Source: Octopus vulgaris (Eukaryota). From it: 64,000 bases of DNA. Position numbers and translations under genes: made by a program. The stretch lies in contig OX597820.1 in NCBI GenBank assembly GCA_951406725.2, positions 92,132,001 to 92,196,000 on the forward strand, in the 5' to 3' direction. Under the pieces are notes generated by a model that saw only the letters and a program-made list of their open reading frames with translations, did not search any database and had not been told where the DNA came from. Shown one piece after another: positions 12,244 through 25,320 of the stretch (positions within the stretch are counted from its first letter, which is position 1; each line of letters opens with the position of its first letter).

Positions 12244-13984
12244 TTTTAGGAAGGACAGCCTCATTTTATAAGGTTTAAATGTATTGTTGATAGTGTTACG
12301 ACTTACAAATATCAAATACAGGTGACAGTACCACATTTTTATTGAGGGTCTCATCGACAGAATCGAACACAATGCATCTGCTGTGTACTGGACTTGACGT
12401 AATCAATTTAACACAGTAAAGACGTAGTTTTGTCATTAGTCAGATAGATCACATCACACCAAGTCGATATGGAATGAGCATGCACTCACGATTATGTGTT
12501 AGATTACTGAGCCAAGTTGTACATTTTACTTTTGAGCAAACATTTATGTCACATTATTCCAGTCAACTAAGCTATTAGCCCACTGACAGTGTAGTCGTCT
12601 CTGCTTCCTGCTTGCACATCTTGAGTGTTCAACACGAAATATAGTGCATTTAGCAAAACATAAGTTGTCTATGTCTTGTTGTCACTGAATGAGAACCCAA
12701 AACAAGTAACAAGAGCATGATACATGCTTCCAAATCATACTCCTTGGCTATTAACGGCTAGCATATATATCTGGTATTTATTCAGATCAGCGAAGTAATG
12801 CAAAAGATTATAGATAACATATACAAGGTAGATTATGACCGGTGCCGTAATGTTTCTATGGCCAAAATTGCTGGAGAACTCATTGGTATGTTAAAGTAAT
12901 TATTTACATATGAATTATATCGAGAACAATTATTTTGGTGAAAGCGAAAGGAAATCAATCTATAGCTTGATGCTAAGAGATTTGATTTTTGGACCTTAGG
13001 TTTTATTATGCCTAATTGATGTTAAATAGGGAAGATTCATAACATTATTAACTTATATACAATTTACTGTTGGTATAGGTCGTCGTTTTCGTTGTTTAGT
13101 TCAAGGTTATTTTACGACGGGCCGTCAAATATGTGCTTATATTTTTAAGTCAAGAGGGTTTGAATTACTAGAGATTTGCCTGCCAGTTCTAGCTGCTCGC
13201 CTGTATAAGAATGAATTGATAAAAACGATACAGTCTCGGACTGGATGTTTGTAAGAGCCCAAACGACAATATATAACGTACAATGCAATACGATGTTTAT
13301 TTTCAGAAGAGCATCTCATTTCACTCATTGGGAAGATTCGTTAAAACAGTATGCATGTCATAAGTTAAACGAAACCAAAGTAACAGAGAGGTGTTCTTAC
13401 GTAAACACAGCACAAACACACAGACAACCACACACAACCTATTTTGTTAGATCTCCATTATATATCATTCATCTGTTAATAAACCAAGCAAGCATAATAG
13501 GTAATATGATGTAACCACGATATGCACACATAACAAAGAATTCATATCCTACACTCAATAACTCTTCTATACAATTATTGTGAAAGAGAAAGTTTACTCT
13601 AAGTGAAATTCCATGAGTTACACAAATTTTAAATAGATTATGTTTCCAGAAAATCCAATTGATATAGTTGTGGAATGTCTGTAAATATATTAATTTATTG
13701 ACTTATATATTTTCCAGACTAATATATGATATAAACGACTATTTTGAAAACATATTCAAATGATTTGAAAAAATTATGGTTTCGTTTCGTTGGATGTTGG
13801 TATTACACAGTCAGAAAAATTAATGACATGAATATATTCTTTTCTTATTAAATAGAACATATATTTAATAAGTCAAATATTTAGCTTATTAAATTATGTT
13901 TAAAATTGTATGAATAGTAATTTGTAAGTTCTATATCATATTTATAATAAACTTTTTGTTATTGAAAATATGATTATGTTAGTT

Positions 13985-14097
13985 CATATATATATATATA
14001 CTAATACATACATACATATATGCATACATACATACATACTTACATACATATATATATATATATACACAGACACACATTCTATTTGAACACATATATG

Positions 14098-14156
<59 letters not shown>

Positions 14157-14178
14157 CACCACACACACATATATATAC
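13985..14178. repeat. (AT)n/(AC)n compound microsatellite
   Basis: Read directly from the sequence. Confidence 0.95.
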
Positions 14179-14205
14179 AAACATGCTATCATTATTATTA
14201 TTACT

Positions 14206-14476
14206 AAGGCAGCCAGCTGGTACAATTGCTAGCGCGCCAGGCGAAAGGATTTGTGGCATTTTGTTCTCAGGTCAAATTCTGCCTAGGTCGACTTTGCCTT
14301 TTACCTTTTCGAGTACTGGGATAAATGCAATGGACAAGTCCCCAAATTTCAGGCCTTGTGTCTATAGTACAAAGGATTATTAATGTAGTGAGATGTATCA
14401 GTCGAACACCGGCATCGATGTAATCAACTACCAACATCCTTACAAATTTTAAGGCCTTGTGCCTATCGTTGAAGGG

Positions 14477-14480
<4 letters not shown>
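14206..14480 (+). mobile_element. SINE family B, degenerate
   Basis: AAGGCAGCCAGCTGG...GGTCGACTTTGCCTTT...GGCCTTGTG, followed by (ATT)n. Confidence 0.8.
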
Positions 14481-14538
<58 letters not shown>

Positions 14539-14560
14539 CATTATTAATAATAATAATAAT

Positions 14561-14960
14561 AAGGCGACGAGCTGGCAGAATCGTTAGCGCGCCGAGCGAA
14601 ATGCTTAGCTGTGCTTCGTCTGCCGCTGCGTTCTGAGTTCAATTTCCGCCGAGGTCAACTTTGCCTTTCATTCTTTCGGGGTAATTAAATAAGTACCAGT
14701 TACGCACTGGGGTCGATATAATCGACTTAATCCGTTTGTCTGTCCTTGTTTGTCCCCTCTGTGTGTAGCCTTGTGGGCAGTAAAGAAATAGTTATTTCGC
14801 CTGCCGCTACTATGTGAGTTCAAATTTCGCCGAGGTCGACTTTGCCTTTCATCCTTTCCTGGTCAGTACGAGAAGTACCAGTTGATTACAGAGGTCGATA
14901 TAATTTATTTAGCCCTCTCCTTCGAAATTGTTGGTCTTGTGCCAAAATTTGAAACCATTA
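14561..14960 (+). mobile_element. SINE family B, dimeric
   Basis: AAGGCGACGAGCTGGCAGAATCGTTAGC..., with two central domains. Confidence 0.9.
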
Positions 14961-15664
14961 TTTTTATTATTGTTTATATTACTCAGGTTTGTACTTATTC
15001 CTGGTAGAATTTATGTGGGTAGCAGATTACTACCTGTAACCTTAGGTCTCCTGAATCTTTCAACATTCATTCGAGTGATTAAAATCCTCCCGATAATCTT
15101 TCCAGCCCCTCAGAAGCAAACTTTCTGTAGAAACTTTGCAAAGACAGTCTATTCCAATCTGCTGTAACCATTTCTCTATGTATGCTTACAGTCCCCAAGA
15201 GCCCCAATTTTTATAGGCAGAGTTTTCATATTCCAAATTCTTACAATGTCAAATTTTAAGGGATTTATTCTTTTGCTTTTCGTCTTCTTTCTTTACGTTT
15301 CTGCAATCAAACACACACAATGGATCAATTAACCAACTATCTATTAAACTGTTATAATTGAGATGCGCACTACATTTTGTTCTGCATCTCTTAGTAATCA
15401 TCATTATTTATACTTTGATTTAAGTTCTAGTTTTTGCTTCTGTTGCTATTTTCGTGTTTATTCTGGTGTGCAAATTATGTGCAGTGTTTGTGTATTGTTT
15501 TGCTGGGTGGTGAATATAGCAGGCATGACACGAGGCTCGGCCTAAATGTTCCAGTGTCAGATCATTATAATATGCATATGTAAAGTATGATTTGTGAGGC
15601 GTTGTCAATGCACTTGAGTGGTGTTACAATGTTTAGTGTGGTTTCGGCGTTATAAAGTATGTTT

Positions 15665-15860
15665 GTTATCTCTCGCCACTTGCCAAACTTAGCTGTTCTT
15701 TTATGTTTCCATAATTAAGTTACTCGACATAAGAGGCCGGTAGAATAAGAATCAGGACTAAAAATAAAACGTACGTACTGGTGTTAACATTCGACTAATC
15801 ACTTCAAAGCAATGCTTTAACATGACAGCAGTCCAATGAATGAGAAAAATAAACGAGCAT
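15665..15860 (+). mobile_element. SINE family A 3' fragment
   Basis: TAGAATAAG...TTCGACTAA...CATGACAGCAGTCCAATGAATGAG matches the family A tail. Confidence 0.6.
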
Positions 15861-17369
15861 AAAGGAAACTATATCCTAATTTTTTTTGTGTATAAATAGT
15901 TCTCCCCTTTTTAACATTTGAACAATTTTTCTTTAGTCTGTAATGGATAAATCTTTAAAATATTAGCACTTGTTTATTATAAAGAGAAGCAGCCGCTTGC
16001 ACCAGCACCAATGTTCACAAAGATGAGAGTAAATAGAATGAGAAATGTTGATAACAGATTCTAAAATTTGCTAAGGAACCCATAACAAAATCAAAATAAA
16101 ATGAAATAGAGATATAATCATGTACTGAATAGAGATATAAAAGATGTTTTTCCCATACACACTTGCATATATACATACACAACGTCAACAATATATGAAT
16201 ATGTACTATATATATGTATGTGTAAATATATAAATATGTGTGTGTATACATATAGGGATATATGTGTATACATCCATAATGTGTATGTTCACATAGAAAT
16301 GTATGTGAACTCACACATGGATGTGACAGTGCATTTTGTAGGTATATATTCATATATATATATATATATATATACATACGCTCGCATATATGTATTTATA
16401 CATGCAGACAAAAACACAAGCTCACATACACTCAAATTGAAACACACACAGAGACAGGCATATGTATATATATCATAATATAATAATGACATTATATTTT
16501 TAAATTTTGGACTTATTAATAAACTGCACTATTACTTTCATAGATGCAGAAATTTTAAATTACCTTTAAACTTTAAGCCAATAGATAGGAAAAATAAATA
16601 TGATAAATTCTTTGCAAATAGAAAATGAAACCAATTACATTATGGTATTGTGTACATTTATATAATTGAGATTTAATAATAAACTAAATAGAAACGTACG
16701 AATTTTTCGAAAAAACTTTTTAGGAACCGAAAATTATTTCGTGTAGAAATTCGTTTGATATAAGTCATATATCCGAAAATTAATTACCTACATTGTGTAT
16801 GCAACATACATTTTACACACGCGCCTTCCTATTCATAGCTATTTGTCTGAACGGAAGTTTTCATTTGATGAAATCTCTTGAAAACGAAATATAATACTTT
16901 TGCCTGAGTTCTGAGTTCTCACTTCGATGTTTGAAGACACAGAGTCTAAAAGTCAGTAATTATTGAAATTTCATTCTATTCTTTCTATGTTTAGCGTCAG
17001 CAGTATCTAAAACCTCATCCCCAAACACCCCTTAATCAGGGTATTTATGAAAATCGGTTAATATATCTACACGAAATTAAAATATATATTGAAAATGAAT
17101 TTCGAATATCATCTGATGCATCAGTGGTTCTATTACTACGTTTATCAAGTGAGTCAGTTTTATACATTGACCCAGATTCATATTAATAAACGTAATATAT
17201 ATTAAAGCAAATCAAGTACTTTTCTTCAAGTTCAGAAGATATTTCCACCCCAACAGCGACGTACTCCGACATTCTAACAAATTTTAGATTTTGCTCCACA
17301 AGCACTTTATCTCATTTCTCTATCATGTTTTATCGCTATTGTAATGGTCTCTGAAACACGGAAACTACA

Positions 17370-17570
17370 TGATCTCGTACCTCCTCCATTCAGACATCCA
17401 ACACTCGTCGAATCTCCACCTTCGGGTCCAAATGTTACGTTCAGTCCCTCTCTTCCGGTCCACTAAACACTTATGCCAGTCTTTCTTTCTTAGATCGTTC
17501 CTAATGGAATGATCTCACACCTAACCATTCCTGCAACGTTTAAACGGAACATCAATCTCAACTGTTTCGG
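17370..17570 (+). pseudogene. Possible LINE (CR1/L2-like) ORF2 3' remnant
   Basis: Fragments ..SFFLRS..*WNDL..TFKRNIN resemble the SFFPRT..WN.L..FK C-terminus of CR1/L2 ORF2. Frameshifted. Confidence 0.35.
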
Positions 17571-17741
17571 AGGGCCTGTACGTGTTATTAGCATTGCTCT
17601 TTCAGCTAGACTCAAGAAGCAATATATATATTCTCCAGATACTACTTCAATAACAACAGGGTCTGATAGACGCACAATGTAATAACATGACTTTGATGTA
17701 AGTCTCATGTAGAAAAAAATGTCTGTGGTGGCTACCGATTT

Positions 17742-17784
<43 letters not shown>

Positions 17785-17992
17785 CCGTGCAGCACGGAAT
17801 TTTTTTAGTGAACAGGTCAATGTCTCAAAGCAACGAAAATATTTTATCAAGTTAAATTTAAATGTTGAAGTGAATCTAACGGATTTTGTGTGTTTCTTAA
17901 ATAGCTTACAAACACCTTCCACGCTGCAATTGTTTTCATTCAGGCACACGATCTCAGATCATGCCACTTGCTATGCAAGTCTATCTCGGTTA

Positions 17993-18042
<50 letters not shown>

Positions 18043-20739
18043 CTTAAATGATATGAATAGAAAAGAATATTCATAAAACTTATGATATACAGTACGCTTA
18101 TGTTTGCTGCTACAATTCAGAAATTACGTGAAAATGTTTAATTTTATTAAGACGAATTAAGTGACGTTATTTACTTCAACAAAACAAAATTTTATCACTA
18201 AACTTAAAATTCTTATCATTAGCTATATTGTTGTCAGTCGCAATAAATAAAATAAAAGCAAAGTGGGAAAGAAAACCAATTTAACATGATGATATGCTAT
18301 ACCAACTTGAGGTAATTATTCATTAGAATGATAAGTAATTGTATTGGTAGCAGACAAACAATGGCATCACCGAAATACGGAAATATTACGGAATGATGTA
18401 ATGAAGTGAAAGAAGGTTCAATAAGCTTCGCAGATAGAGAAAGTAGCCTAGAATTGGGGAAAGAGAAATAAAATATCTCAGTATATTTTGTGTGAAGTCA
18501 CAAATCAAGTATGATCACATATACTTAAATATATTATATCCATGACTATTCTGCTCATTTTGTTTTTTACACATAATTCATATGGGACCACACATTCAGA
18601 TTATGTTCACTTTTAACAGATTAGGATATGATATGGTGATTTGCCTACTTTTTCTAGCAGCTCCGATGACTACATAGAGGCTTCTCTCCTCGCTTTTGAG
18701 AAAATAAACGTATTAGAATCGAACTTGTGTCGCAGACTCGACCTAGAGGAATACAATAACTCTGCAACTGAATACGTCTAAGCACAGAAGGACTAGAATT
18801 TTTTGTTAACTACAATTCCCTTAGAATTGGCAAACAAAATAAACAAAATACTATTTTCTCTTTTCTGCAATGAATTAACATTCGTAGCCTGACAGTAAAC
18901 AATTGCTAACTATATTAATAAATGTATTATTGCATAATGACGATCCAATATCTAGCTAATATAGTCATCTGATATTTGTACACACCCTGGGGAAACACAT
19001 TTACATTTGTATTGCTTAACGATTCACGAAAGGAATCATCTACCACTTCAATATATACACAATGAACAATATAGAAGTAGATACATCCATTATACAATTA
19101 CATTTACCAGGTTGTTATTGCAAAATTCTATTTAATGTACAGATGATAATTATTGTAAATATGTGTTCAGCGCATTTGACCTCAAAGCTCCTTGTATCAA
19201 GTATAACCCAACATTGTGGACTGTGTAAATATAATTAAGATACACATGGTTTATGGTGTAGGAATGACAGAGAAATCGATGATTGTAACATTGGGAATTT
19301 ATATTTTACACTTTATGAAATTCGGATCATTTCTCATGTCATCCATGAGTTATGATATTCTAGAGCAAAGCGAATGTAGTTGCCGGTCGGTATTTAATCA
19401 TTCATTCAAATACATCTTGCGCATGTGATGTAAACTAAAATATAAAATTGTTCGGAGACATAGTAACTGAATAGAAATAGGAAAATTTGTTTAACTTAAC
19501 AGCACTTTGTAGCTTTACATTTTGTGTGATATTTATGTATATCGCCCCAGGCGTGTATAAAAGATTCGATCATGAGAAAGTTAATTCAATTGTTCAGAAT
19601 TGTTATTTCAGACTATTCCTGGATTCAATAGCTCTCGGGCTTCAATACTGTCGTGAAATAAAACTTATGTTTTGACTGAATATAAAAATGTCCGCACAGA
19701 AGTAGAATTGTAAAGAAATTTTAAGTGTTACGAAAATAATATAACATTGAAATTATTAGAATAGCCTAATTATATATTTGTTGTATTGCATTGATATTAG
19801 AAAAGTCTTTTAACTTAATACTCTCAAAAATTTTAGTCACGCATGTTAACAAATCTCAGTAACAATATTTTTGTAGTGAACCCTTTTTCCGCGAAATAAC
19901 CGGAATATTTCAAAAACGGGTTGCTATATTACCTAATTCACAGACACTATATTATTGTTAAGTAAATTATGACTGCACATTAAATAAACACAGAATACGC
20001 AAATAAACATTAGATCAAGTACGTTTTAATATCGAGATAATTTTTTACTTGGGAAAATCAATATAACTTGCAACCAGCAGATTTAACAATGCATCAGGAA
20101 AAGGGAAAATATCTGATACATTTAATACATTACAGCATTGAACAATATATCTCATCAGGAGCGACCTAATAACCTGAGACAAAATGAGAAAAACTCAAGC
20201 AATCAATATATATCTAGACAATTCTCTTCAGTGATCACTGTTCTGAACTAGCGATGTTGACTCTAAACAATTACATTACACTAAAACTGATTGCTTCATC
20301 TCTTAATTAATCAGATATGGTAAAGGTATAGTGCGTCCTCAACTTGCAAATCCATTTAAGATGAAAAATTGCTGTGTGTACAACAAGAGTGAATTACCGG
20401 CTCAGTTCAAGTCATTTAGTCATCATGTCAGCAATAGATATATAGTAGTACAACAGCCTATGCTATATATCCATAATATCTGTAGTACTGTATTGTAGTA
20501 AATTATAGTACATAGTCTTTACAAGCATTATAAATCTACGCTAAATAATGATATGTCAACTACCACCTATTGTGTTTATCTAACCCTTACAATGATAGGA
20601 TACATAAATAAAATTTAGAGTGGTACAAGATTGGTGTCTATATTCCCTATTAAATTAAATGTAAACAATTAAATATTATCAAATTTCGACCTACTGAAAT
20701 AATCGACAATGTATAGTTTGATCTGATGAAGGAACCTCT

Positions 20740-21030
20740 TTTGTTTACCATAGTTTGACGCTCAGGAAAAACGGAAGCTTTTGTTTGTAGCCAACAGTGT
20801 TCTTCAGAGAAGTGAAGAAGGGAGTTGAAGTGTGGGTGCAATGTATGGATTGGGAAGGCGTGCGTATGAGTGTGTGCATGTATGTAGGTGCAAGTATTTT
20901 CTATAAGGGCATAACGGTGTGTGGGGTATGGAGTGTGTGTAATGAAGTACCGGTGTAGAGAATGTATATGAGGGTAGGAGAGGAGGGTCATTGGAGTGTA
21001 GGAGGTGTTGGTGTTTAAATGGTTGTTGAG
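20740..21030 (-). mobile_element. pLTR-like repeat, same family as 5440-6165, with degenerate HHR
   Basis: Minus strand has a CA-rich leader then CTGAAGA-ACACTGTTGGCT...TTCCTGAGCGTCAAAC. Confidence 0.5.
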
Positions 21031-21144
21031 TTTAGATGAAGTGAATAATTGTGACCATGAGGGACTCGGGAATATATCTATATATATATGAGTGTATATA
21101 CCTACATAACTCTCTGTGTGGCTGTGTGGTAAGTAGGTTATTTA

Positions 21145-21203
<59 letters not shown>

Positions 21204-22749
21204 ATGTGTGCGTGTGTGTGTGTATGTATACACCACACACACCCATATATATATATATAAGCAAAGTAGCTAGTTGTAGAATCAGTTGTCTATAAATCCG
21301 CAAGGTAGCTAACATAACTTTTCTGGTCCAATTAACGTTATAACCCCTGTTATGTTTTTCCGTTTCATGGAAATGTTCCCATAGTATTCTTTGTGCTGGA
21401 AGTTGATTATGCATTCATTAGCAAAAATGCTGCTTATTTTCATCCACGTTTAAATTGACCTGAAGATGGTGGTGTATATCGTTTTACTACCAGCATCATT
21501 TCACTGTGGGATTACATTTTGGATTTTATGTATGTCCTCCACTGCGGAGTGATATAATTCACATTTATGTTTACATTTTGGGGTTTTAAGCGCTTCTCTT
21601 CTCCGTCTGAACAAGAATCTTTCGAACCTATGTATTGCGCTTGGACTATAAATGCAAGTCTCCAAGTGATGAGGTGATCAAATGGTCACAAGTCTAATAG
21701 ATTATAACTATGTTACAATTATGATCATCCTGTGTTTATAGAAAACATATCTATACTTAAAACTTCTGTGGAATACTGATTGTATCAGTTCGAAAATTAT
21801 TTTGAAGAAAATGAGATTGACAAACAGAGTTCATAGTAAAATACCTTTACAGAAAATCCAACAAACTTTAGTGGAAGCTTTATTGATAACAAAATACAAA
21901 CCAAAAATCGATAAAGAGATACCTCAAACAGGAAATAAATTATCGAATATACAATGAGACAAAATCTACATAGGAGATTTCAAAAAAGGCATTGACAACA
22001 TTACGAATATTAAATAACATCAACCTCGACTTTTGTAAGATTCTCCAAACTACGTGAACATCACAACAATGTCGATTTCAGTTCAATCTGATGTTAAAAC
22101 TGGGAAGTTGTCGAAGTTTTCAAATGTACATTGATTAGCTATTTTAGAAAATCTACTGTGCTAAGTCTATGCATAAAGGATATCTTTGATCCTTAAACTA
22201 GAACATAGTCCTTTCTTAGATAGATATACGTATACATATTATTGTAGCAGAATATAGTCGAGATGTATGGTATGTGGAATAGATGGACTACTTTACAAAA
22301 TTTCTTGAACTCTATCGAAATAGACTTCAAGCTCTAACTCCGCACATTTCCTACACATATCTACAGCTTCGATGAAGCCATTAACAAGCTCCAAAAAGTC
22401 ATTTCTCGTACTCTAAGAGAGGATAGGTACGTAATTTTCCTCCACAATACTGCACCTGCTATACTTCCAACCGACATCACTTCTTATTCTTCCTCCTCCT
22501 CCCTCATTTTCTCCTTCTTCCCCCACTTATTTTACCTCTTCCTTCTCCTTTTCGTTTTCCACTCCTTTTGCTTCTTCCACCTCGTCTTCCTCTTTTTTCT
22601 TCTACTTACCTCTACCGATTCCACCTTATACCAACAAACAGTCACGAAGCGTTGGCCATAATCGGAAGCAACATATATTTCTCGTATGATAGCATGGTAT
22701 TGAAACTGATCTTAGGTTTGCCGATAAGATTAAGCCTGTGAGATCTCTT

Positions 22750-23100
22750 GACTGTCACATATATAGGCCAGCTAGAGCACAGGGATCTTAGCTACAACTA
22801 CACTAGAATCTTCGTCTCTAAAAATGTGAATAAATTCCTAATACCGATTTCTTCTCGAAAGGAAGCCGTCAACATGTATCAAAAATTCAACACCATTGAG
22901 GACCACATTAAATTTGAGGCGCCCCACCCACCAATTACACCAAATCTCCTTTCTGCTCAATCCCCAATTCAATATTTAGGAAGGGAGATCCACATACAAC
23001 AGTTTCTGCAGGAAAACGAGAAGCAGTGACCTATTTGTGGACTACAAATTGGCTTTTCACACCAGAGCTGAACCGCTTACGTAAAAAACTAAATTTCCCT
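22750..23100 (+). pseudogene. Penelope-like element RT C-terminal fragment
   Basis: TYIGQLEH...RIFV...SSRKEAVNMYQKFNTIEDHIKFE..HP and downstream SDLFVDYK match the PLE RT post-YVDD and thumb region (FN..D.HIKFE.E, RK....LF.H..S). Catalytic DD is lost. Confidence 0.6.
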
Positions 23101-23240
23101 GTCAGAGATGTGCAGCTGATAAACTCGCCAATATCAAACAATTCCAAAGAGTTCTGTTAAATAACAACTACTACACCCCATTTTCATTTTTAGTTAATTA
23201 ATGTGTTATACAGTGCTGCACTGTATAACACATTAATTAA

Positions 23241-23464
23241 TATATATTAGAAGAAAATACGTAGCGTACCGTAGATAAGTAAACAAGGAGTTGCACATAC
23301 TGTTATGGAAAACGAAACTCGGGAGGTGAGTGTGTGATGTTGATCTGCATTTGTAATAAAATAAATATATACAAATTATGAAACTATTTTAAAAATATAT
23401 GCAGTAATGTTTCTACTTCGCGGGGTTTTGGAACGTAACACCCATGATAGTCGAGGGATTGCTG
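23241..23464. mobile_element. pogo/Tigger-type MITE right part
   Basis: Ends CGCGGGGTTTTGGAACGTAACACCCATGATAGTCGAGGGATTGCTG followed by TA. No left TIR found. Confidence 0.55.
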
Positions 23465-23540
23465 TATACTTTTAAATGTGTTCATTATTTACAGTAAATT
23501 TTGTAGGAAGTGATTTTATAACTAAATAAATTATAATAGA

Positions 23541-23767
23541 GTATATGGCGTAGTGGTTAAGAGAGCGGACTACTAACCCCAAGATTTCGAGTTCGATTCC
23601 AGGCAGTAACCTGAATAATAATGACATCGAAAAATACATAAGCAATGAGAACCCAGGTTCGAAATTTCCCCAAGACAACTGATGAAGGCTGGAGGGTATA
23701 TCAGCCGAAACGTTGTGTTAACAACAAACAAGACGAGGACAAATATCCGTCAAATGTAAATAATGTT
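23541..23767 (+). mobile_element. tRNA-derived SINE carrying a hammerhead ribozyme
   Basis: A-box TGGCGTAGTGG (23546-23556), B-box GTTCGATTCC (23591-23600), and an HHR at 23674-23719. It interrupts the left Tc1 TIR. Confidence 0.8.
23674..23719 (+). ncRNA. Minimal type I hammerhead ribozyme
   Basis: GACAA-CTGATGA-A-GGCTG...CAGCC-GAAA-CG-TT-GTGTT, with palindromic stem III AACGTT and one mismatch in stem I. Confidence 0.75.
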
Positions 23768-23910
23768 GAGAAAATGTTTATTAGAAAAATACCTGATGGA
23801 CAAAATTAGAGAATAAATGGTGTAAACTTCAAAAAGACACTTCGACCAATGCAAACTGAGCTGACCTAACAGTGCAAAAATTTATATTGAATAGTAGTGA
23901 ATTACCAACC

Positions 23911-24870
23911 ATGGAAATCCAACATAAAGTTGATGAAAGCCTCAGGAAGCGAGTGGTCAGACTGAAAAAAGAAGAAATGGTAATTTCCAATATTGCCAGG
24001 GATAAATTAAAGAGTGTTGTCAAAAATATGAAGAGACAAGCTCATTTGCGTCATTAGAAAAATGAGGGAGACCACGGAAAACAAGTGTTTGGCAATACCT
24101 TTTCGATGCTGCTGTAAGAATTTCTCGCCAAGTAAATCGTGATTATGGAATGAATGTGTCTTGGAATATTGGGACTTGTCGTTTGAAGGAAGTTGGACTT
24201 AATGCCCGTTCCCCCACCACTAAACCTCTTATCAGTATGAAGAACCGAAAATTGAGGTTAGTCTTTGCCAATGAGCACTACATTAGAAGGACGGTAACTG
24301 GTCGCATGTGTTCATCATTGATGAAAGCAAATTCAATTTGTTTGGTTCCGATGGTAGACAATATGAGAGACGTTGTAAAAGAGAAATACTGCTCCTTAGA
24401 TGCATGGAGAAATGAGTGAAGATTCGAGGTAGGTGTCTGTGTAGGGAATGATTTCTGTAGCAGGTGTTGGGCCTTTGATCCGGATCCATGGTAATCTGAA
24501 TGTAGCCATATAGAAAAATATCGTTCTACAATATGTCCCAGCTCTGAAGTCATCGCCAGCTCGACAGCCAATCTTTATGCACGAAAATGCGCAATGCCAC
24601 AGTGCTAAAATAGTTAAGGCAGTGTTTAAAGCTGAAAACATTACTGAGATGGGTTGGCCAGCTCAGAGTCCTGACCTTAATCCTATTGAAAACTTATGGA
24701 AGATACTTGGTGATAAGATAAGAGAGCACCGACCTGCGAATGTTACGACTTTGTAGTAAAAACATCTGGAAGAATGGAGTAAAACTAGGTCAGAACAATG
24801 TAAGTGGTCAAATCCTGTGGATGAAGATGTTTTGAAGTCATTGAAAATAATGGAATGTATACATCTTATT
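23911..24870 (+). pseudogene. Tc1 DD34E transposase, frameshifted
   Basis: MEIQHKVDESLRKRVV...; FIDESKFNLFGSDG; FMHENAQCH...WPAQSPDLNPIENLW. Confidence 0.9.
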
Positions 24871-24913
24871 AATATGTTGGTGTGGATTTTGATTTCTTGA
24901 ATTTTGTCACACG

Positions 24914-25320
24914 TTACTCTTTACTCTTTTACTCTTTTACTTGTTTCAGTCATTTGACTGCGGCCATGCTGGAGCACCGCCTTTAATCGAGCAACTCGAT
25001 CCCGGGACTTATTCTTTTGTAAGTCCAGTACTTATTCTATCGGTCTCTTTTGCCGAACCGCTAAGTAACGGGGACATAAACACACCATCGGTTGTCAAGC
25101 AATGCTAGGGGGACAAACACAGACACACACGTATATATATATATATATATATATATATACGACGGGATTCTTTCAGTTTCCGTCTACCAAATCCGCTCAT
25201 AAGGCTTTGGTCGGCCCGAGGCTATAGTAGAAGACACTTGCCGAAGGTGCCACGCAGTGGGACTGAACCCGGAACCATGTGGTTGGTAAACAAGCTACTT
25301 ACCACACAGCCACTGCTGCA
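24914..25320 (-). mobile_element. SINE family A, full length
   Basis: Minus strand has tRNA-like head GTGGCTGTGTGGTAAG...GGTTCAGTCCC, CORE-like GCACCTTCGGCAAGTGTCTT, internal (TA)n and an (AAGAGTA)n-like tail. Confidence 0.92.

Noticed and set aside
21459-21700. CTGAAGA and TGATGA boxes followed by hairpins
   Set aside because: No correctly placed GAAA or NUH. Possibly very old pLTR debris, but unsupported.
23541-23610. tRNA gene
   Set aside because: A and B boxes are present but there is no acceptor stem or clean anticodon arm. It is a SINE head.
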